A DNA stretch of 64,000 nucleotides from Marsupella aquatica (lineage: Eukaryota; Plantae; Marchantiophyta), in assembly GCA_973895155.1 (NCBI GenBank), contig OZ316894.1:26962340-27026339 (forward strand), given 5' to 3'. Under the pieces are notes generated by a model that saw nothing but the letters and a program-made list of their open reading frames with translations, was not told the DNA's origin and made no database searches. Shown piece by piece: positions 59,855 to 64,000 of the stretch (position 1 is its first letter; each line of letters begins with the position of its first letter). The position numbers were made by a program, and so were the translations under genes.

Positions 59855-60602
59855 GGTATAGCCTATTTTACTTGCCCGACTTCATCCTCCATTTTGTACA
59901 TATTTGGCCCATAACAATATTATCTAATACGACACTTTTCGCGGATTACAACGTCTATACCATATGCATATTGAATGTGTATCCCTAAACCCCAACTGCC
60001 TACCCAAATAATGCTCACCCCATTGTAACCCTAGCTTAAGTGTGTTTATAACCTCCAATAAGGTTGTATGGCAGGGTCCGACATAATATACGGGGCGTCG
60101 TTCATTCATAAAGTTACCAAGCATCTCACAAGGTATGACCCAGACGTAGTCTTCCACTTTCACACAACGTCGTTCATGACATCGATATATGATAACAACG
60201 TCTTATCACACCACGTAAACCAATGAACGAATTCACATTACATCAAACGGAACGGTGTCCCAGACATCGTTACAAACACTGACGTTGTCTTATACGAGGG
60301 AGTCAACGTCGTCAATCACGACGTTTTGTTTGTATTAACGTCACTCCGTGCGACGTTCAATGGACATGGAAATCTACATTAGCCCAGTACTCTAACGATG
60401 CATAGGACGTCGTGCACACAAAGAACCACGTTGGCGGTGTGGCAATGTGCGTTGTGTGAGACGACGTAAGAAACCACGTCAATATAGACGTCCAGAACGT
60501 TGCCAATTTTACCTTGGGGATTCCGTGTTTCCGTTTAGAGTTTCATACGTCGAGATTAGCCTGTTGTGAGGCAACGTTAAGTTGAGTCAAAATGTAGTTG
60601 TG

Positions 60603-63600
60603 CTATCGGTTTCATCTGCAGCTGCACGACGCTCTTCCTTTTCCTCCTCGGAGTTTGTTGTACCTTGTTCCTCTCCACCTTCACTCGATTCATCATCAGA
60701 ATCAAAATTGAGAACCGACCGAAGCTTATCTCTCTTTTTTCTGTCGGCAGTAGGAACAGGTGGAGGTAACACTGCAATCTCTTTGGGAGACAACAAATCC
60801 ATGAAAACCTATGAAGCGGTTTCAATAAATTCTTTCCGGTGTTCTATCTCGAGTACAAATCGTCCAAAGAAGTCGCCAGCAATGTAAGAGCTTCCAGCCC
60901 CAACAGTCCAATCCATAAAAATATCACGAGGCCGTGTGACAAGCTCTATAACAAATTGCATAAAACCCATAGACAGACGAGCATTTCCAGCAAACTCCAT
61001 TTGCGGGAATGGATCTGATTTGAGCGAAGAGAGTCCGATCAAATTGGTAACCGAAGGGTCCTCACTGATGGACAGCGGCCGAAATTTGGGGTCTTTGGGA
61101 ATTTTACATTTCCCATTAATTCGGCCAAATATGTCGAGCCTGAGGGTAAACATCTCTCGGTCTGTCTTTGCCGCATACATCGGGTCAGACATCACAACAT
61201 TATGCGAGCATATACACTGAAATTTCCTTGACTCCTGACAGGCAGCAATGACTTGCGACATGGGATCGTACTCCCCACTGTGTAGAATTACAAGGAACCC
61301 ATCATCTGATAAAAATGGATCCATGGATTTGAAAAAAGATCTAGCCATTGAGTGATCTGGAATGTTCCATTTAGGAACCTTCTTATCAATGATAGATGGT
61401 TTGAACCCGGTCGGTAGGTAAATGAAGCCGGCATCCACTCCAAACGATCTTACTTTTCCCCCCGAACAACTCCCTTCTCTTTAAATCCCAACTTAACGAG
61501 GTCTTTTCCCCATTTCTCCACATCACTAACCCACTCGGGCTTCTCCTCCTTGTTGAACGTCGAGTCAAAAAATTCAGAAAGGCTTGTCTCAACCATGCAA
61601 TGGCGAGACACAGTTGTTTTGAAGTTTCCAACTTCACGTTGGAAACCAGAAGCTATAACACTCTCCCTTAAAGATTGTCCACCTTCGACAGCTCTCTTTC
61701 GTTTCTTCCTGGTACTCGTGGCGTCGATAGGAACTATAACCTTCCCTTTGTCAACTGGAGTAATGGGGTCCGATCGAGATCCCGTGTTTGCCTCGGAAAC
61801 TTCAGGTGTAGCATCCTTTTTCGTATCTCCCATTCCCACCGTATTAGACTTCCTCCCTCCTAAAATATAACCAGGTCGTAGTTAGAATAAGTACTTTTAA
61901 AGTATTGAAAGAAGCTAGCGCCTGGCGCTAACCAAATGCAATTCACTTAAGTCGCAACCGAAGCCTAATAACCAAGAAAGAGAATACCCTCAACAGAATA
62001 TTTTTTGCCAGCGCCTGGCGCTGGCAAAATCATGGATAGCAATACTTACTCTTCTTTCCAGATTTAGTAGACTCGTTCGGTGCTGCTAGCTCCGCTTTGG
62101 CTTTCGCGCGAGGTTTGCGACTCCGGTCCACATGCACAACAGTTGTTTCACAGATAGTTTGCAAGTTTGTGGCAGACTTGTCTACATCGTCAAGTAGACC
62201 CTGCTTCATGTCGGACACAAGTTTTGCTGGCATCTGAGACTTTGAAAGCTTATGGAAGGCATCTTTTTCCCTTTGATCAAAAGGAGAATCCCACTATCTG
62301 TATCTAGATACCAGGGGCAGTGAGTTCTCTCCCATTCTGTCATTGGTCTCGGAGGAAATATGCCCTCCGTGGGGTACATAGAGTACAAATCAGCCAAGGC
62401 ATCATCTTCACTTATTGAAATCCACTTCATAAAAGCTGCAGGATATGCCCAGAAGTAATCAGGTTTGTTTACCTCCATGTGCATGTAGAACCTATACACA
62501 AACCTCTTCGCTCGCTTCTGGTTTCTCCGGGTGTAATCTTCTTTGTCAGGGTACTTTGAAGGCCACATAGTGTGAAAGAACTTATTCTTCACGGAATCAC
62601 CAAATCTCTTGAATTCATTTGTAACAAACTGAACTAGATCATCAAACGAACTACAATTCCACTCTTCCAATCTATTCGCGGGCATGGTTTGCTCAACTTC
62701 ACATAGACATGAATGTAACATGCCAGCAGCAATTCCCTCCACACTATTCCAAGTGATCCAAGTGTGGCACCACTGTTTGACTGGATCATCGTTAACACTT
62801 GCTGGGTGAAAAAACTGTCTCCGCAGCTCAGGATTGCAATGTGCCACAAGTAAAGTGCTTCGTAACTTTGGGTCTAGAGCAGAAACAGCGGTGAACAATC
62901 GTGCGCGGTCCATCGTACATACAACGGTGTCAGGCTTCTTCTCTCTCTTGTTTCTCTCTGTGATAGCATACATTTCTGCACATGTACTGAGGAAATCTTC
63001 AAATTCAGGACTTAATAAGGGCGTAATTTTTGAAGACTTCACTGCCCAATCTTTGGTTGCGTCTTTCATCATGGCCGCATGCCGTTTTGAAATCTCGTCC
63101 GCCGACCATGGACTCCCTTGAGCCTCCGCTGCCTCCATGTCGAGTTTGAATTGATGCGAGTACGACTTTATCTTATTCTCACAAAGAATGTAAACAAGTG
63201 CTTCTTGTGGCATCTTCTTTGTATACCATGACCCCTTCCGAGTTTTCAGCGGAATGCTTTCAAACTTCTTGAAATTACCCGGGTCAATCAGTTTACTGTA
63301 ATACTCAAGGTCATGTGCCAGAATTCGTTTGATTCTGTCCGCATCCAGGATCCAGGAAGGCTCTACAACTGCTTGGCCAAGCCTACACGAACAAACGTTG
63401 AGAGTACAAGTCAATGAAAAACAATTCATGTATAAGCAGCGCCAAGCGCAAGTAAATACAGCACTCGCAAGATTTAAGGAAAGAATTGGAAATCATGAGA
63501 ACTTACTGATTCACGGTGTGCATAGCTGCCTCAATTTCAATGAGAGATCCCTTGTCTCCTTTAAATATTGTACAGAGCACACGAGGATGATATTTTGGAT

Positions 63601-63750
63601 TGTCCGGGTTCTCCTCTGTTACAAACTCCAGGAGTACAGCCTGTGATTTCCATCAAATACAGAGAACATCTTATCCTTCAAGACGAGAAAATCCGGGTCA
63701 GCCTCGCATTCAGCCTCAAACTTCTCGTTCTCCAATTGCCATATTCCTTG
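60603..63750 (-). pseudogene. ParB-like + helical region + beta-class N4C/N6A DNA methyltransferase-like multi-exon gene, frameshifted
   Basis: FSVFDGNHRL at 63640-63654 (ParB/Srx DGxHR motif). Intron 63506-63383 joins it in frame to ORF 62206-63429. FVIELVTRPRDIFMDWTVGAGSSYIAGDFFGRFVLEIE (60809-61438) matches the N6_N4_Mtase 'li...t.pgd.VlDpF.GsGtt..aa...gR..igiE' pattern. Confidence 0.7.
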
Positions 63751-63756
63751 GAATGG

Positions 63757-64000
63757 TTTTTTTAATAAATTTTAATACCGTGAAAGACCCCACGGATAGG
63801 GGGAACAACAGCCCTTAATACAGGGACAGCAACAGCACACTAGTGAGCCACAAAGAGAGCCCAAAAGCACAAAAGAGAGCATCAAAGCCCCAGGAAGAGC
63901 CCCCCCTCAAAGAAGGGAAATAACACCGATCAAGAGAGCATATTGCCATATTGGATCCCATGAATCACGAATGTCCTGGGTACAGGTCAGAACAATTCCG
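63757..64000 (-). mobile_element. Probable poly(A)-ended retroposon 3' end interrupting the ParB exon
   Basis: T-run at 63757 followed by CGTGAAAGACCCCACGGATAGGGGGAAC. A related T-run + CGTGAACCCCACGGATGGGGGAAC lies at ~54250-54310. Confidence 0.4.

Larger units (their letters stand above)
20701..60602 (-). mobile_element. CACTA/En-Spm transposon 1 (outer), right TIR truncated, with nested insertions
   Basis: Left end CACTACACAACTACATTT at 20701. Right end AAATGTAGTTGTG at 60590-60602 is its reverse complement lacking the terminal TAGTG. ACGT-rich subterminal regions at both ends. Transposase exons lie on both sides of the nested element. Confidence 0.85.

Noticed and set aside
60809-63750. 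Prophage or bacterial contamination
   Set aside because: The gene has GT-AG introns and is interleaved with plant transposons.

Overview
Eukaryotic, intron-containing DNA, almost entirely transposon-derived. It is very likely a land plant; a non-seed lineage is my guess. No intact host gene, RNA gene or CRISPR array is recognisable. The right 45 kb is a four-level nest. Level 1 is an unclassified element with a ParB-like + beta-class amino-methyltransferase-like pseudogene (about 18.5-20.7 kb and 60.6-63.75 kb). It is split by level 2, CACTA-1 (20701-60602), whose transposase gene carries a SET-domain exon inside its first coding intron. Its second intron holds level 3, CACTA-2 (26263-55106; 18-bp TIR, 4-bp TSD), which carries stand-alone EDM2-type PHD, tandem Pol-lambda-like BRCT, F-box and Cys/His-rich cargo ORFs. 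Level 4 is a Ty3/Gypsy element (31687-46632) with 4.3-4.7 kb LTRs that each contain a ~1200-codon sense ORF. A solo copy of that LTR lies at 8931-13596 (TSD CACAC). The left 18 kb also has a decayed LINE ORF1, a second LTR-like unit with a 618-aa ORF, tandem repeats and a 63-aa-repeat coiled-coil pseudogene. The most notable theme is transposons carrying chromatin reader/writer and repair modules together with element-specific short DNA motifs. All domain calls are by-eye motif recognition and need HMM or structure confirmation.
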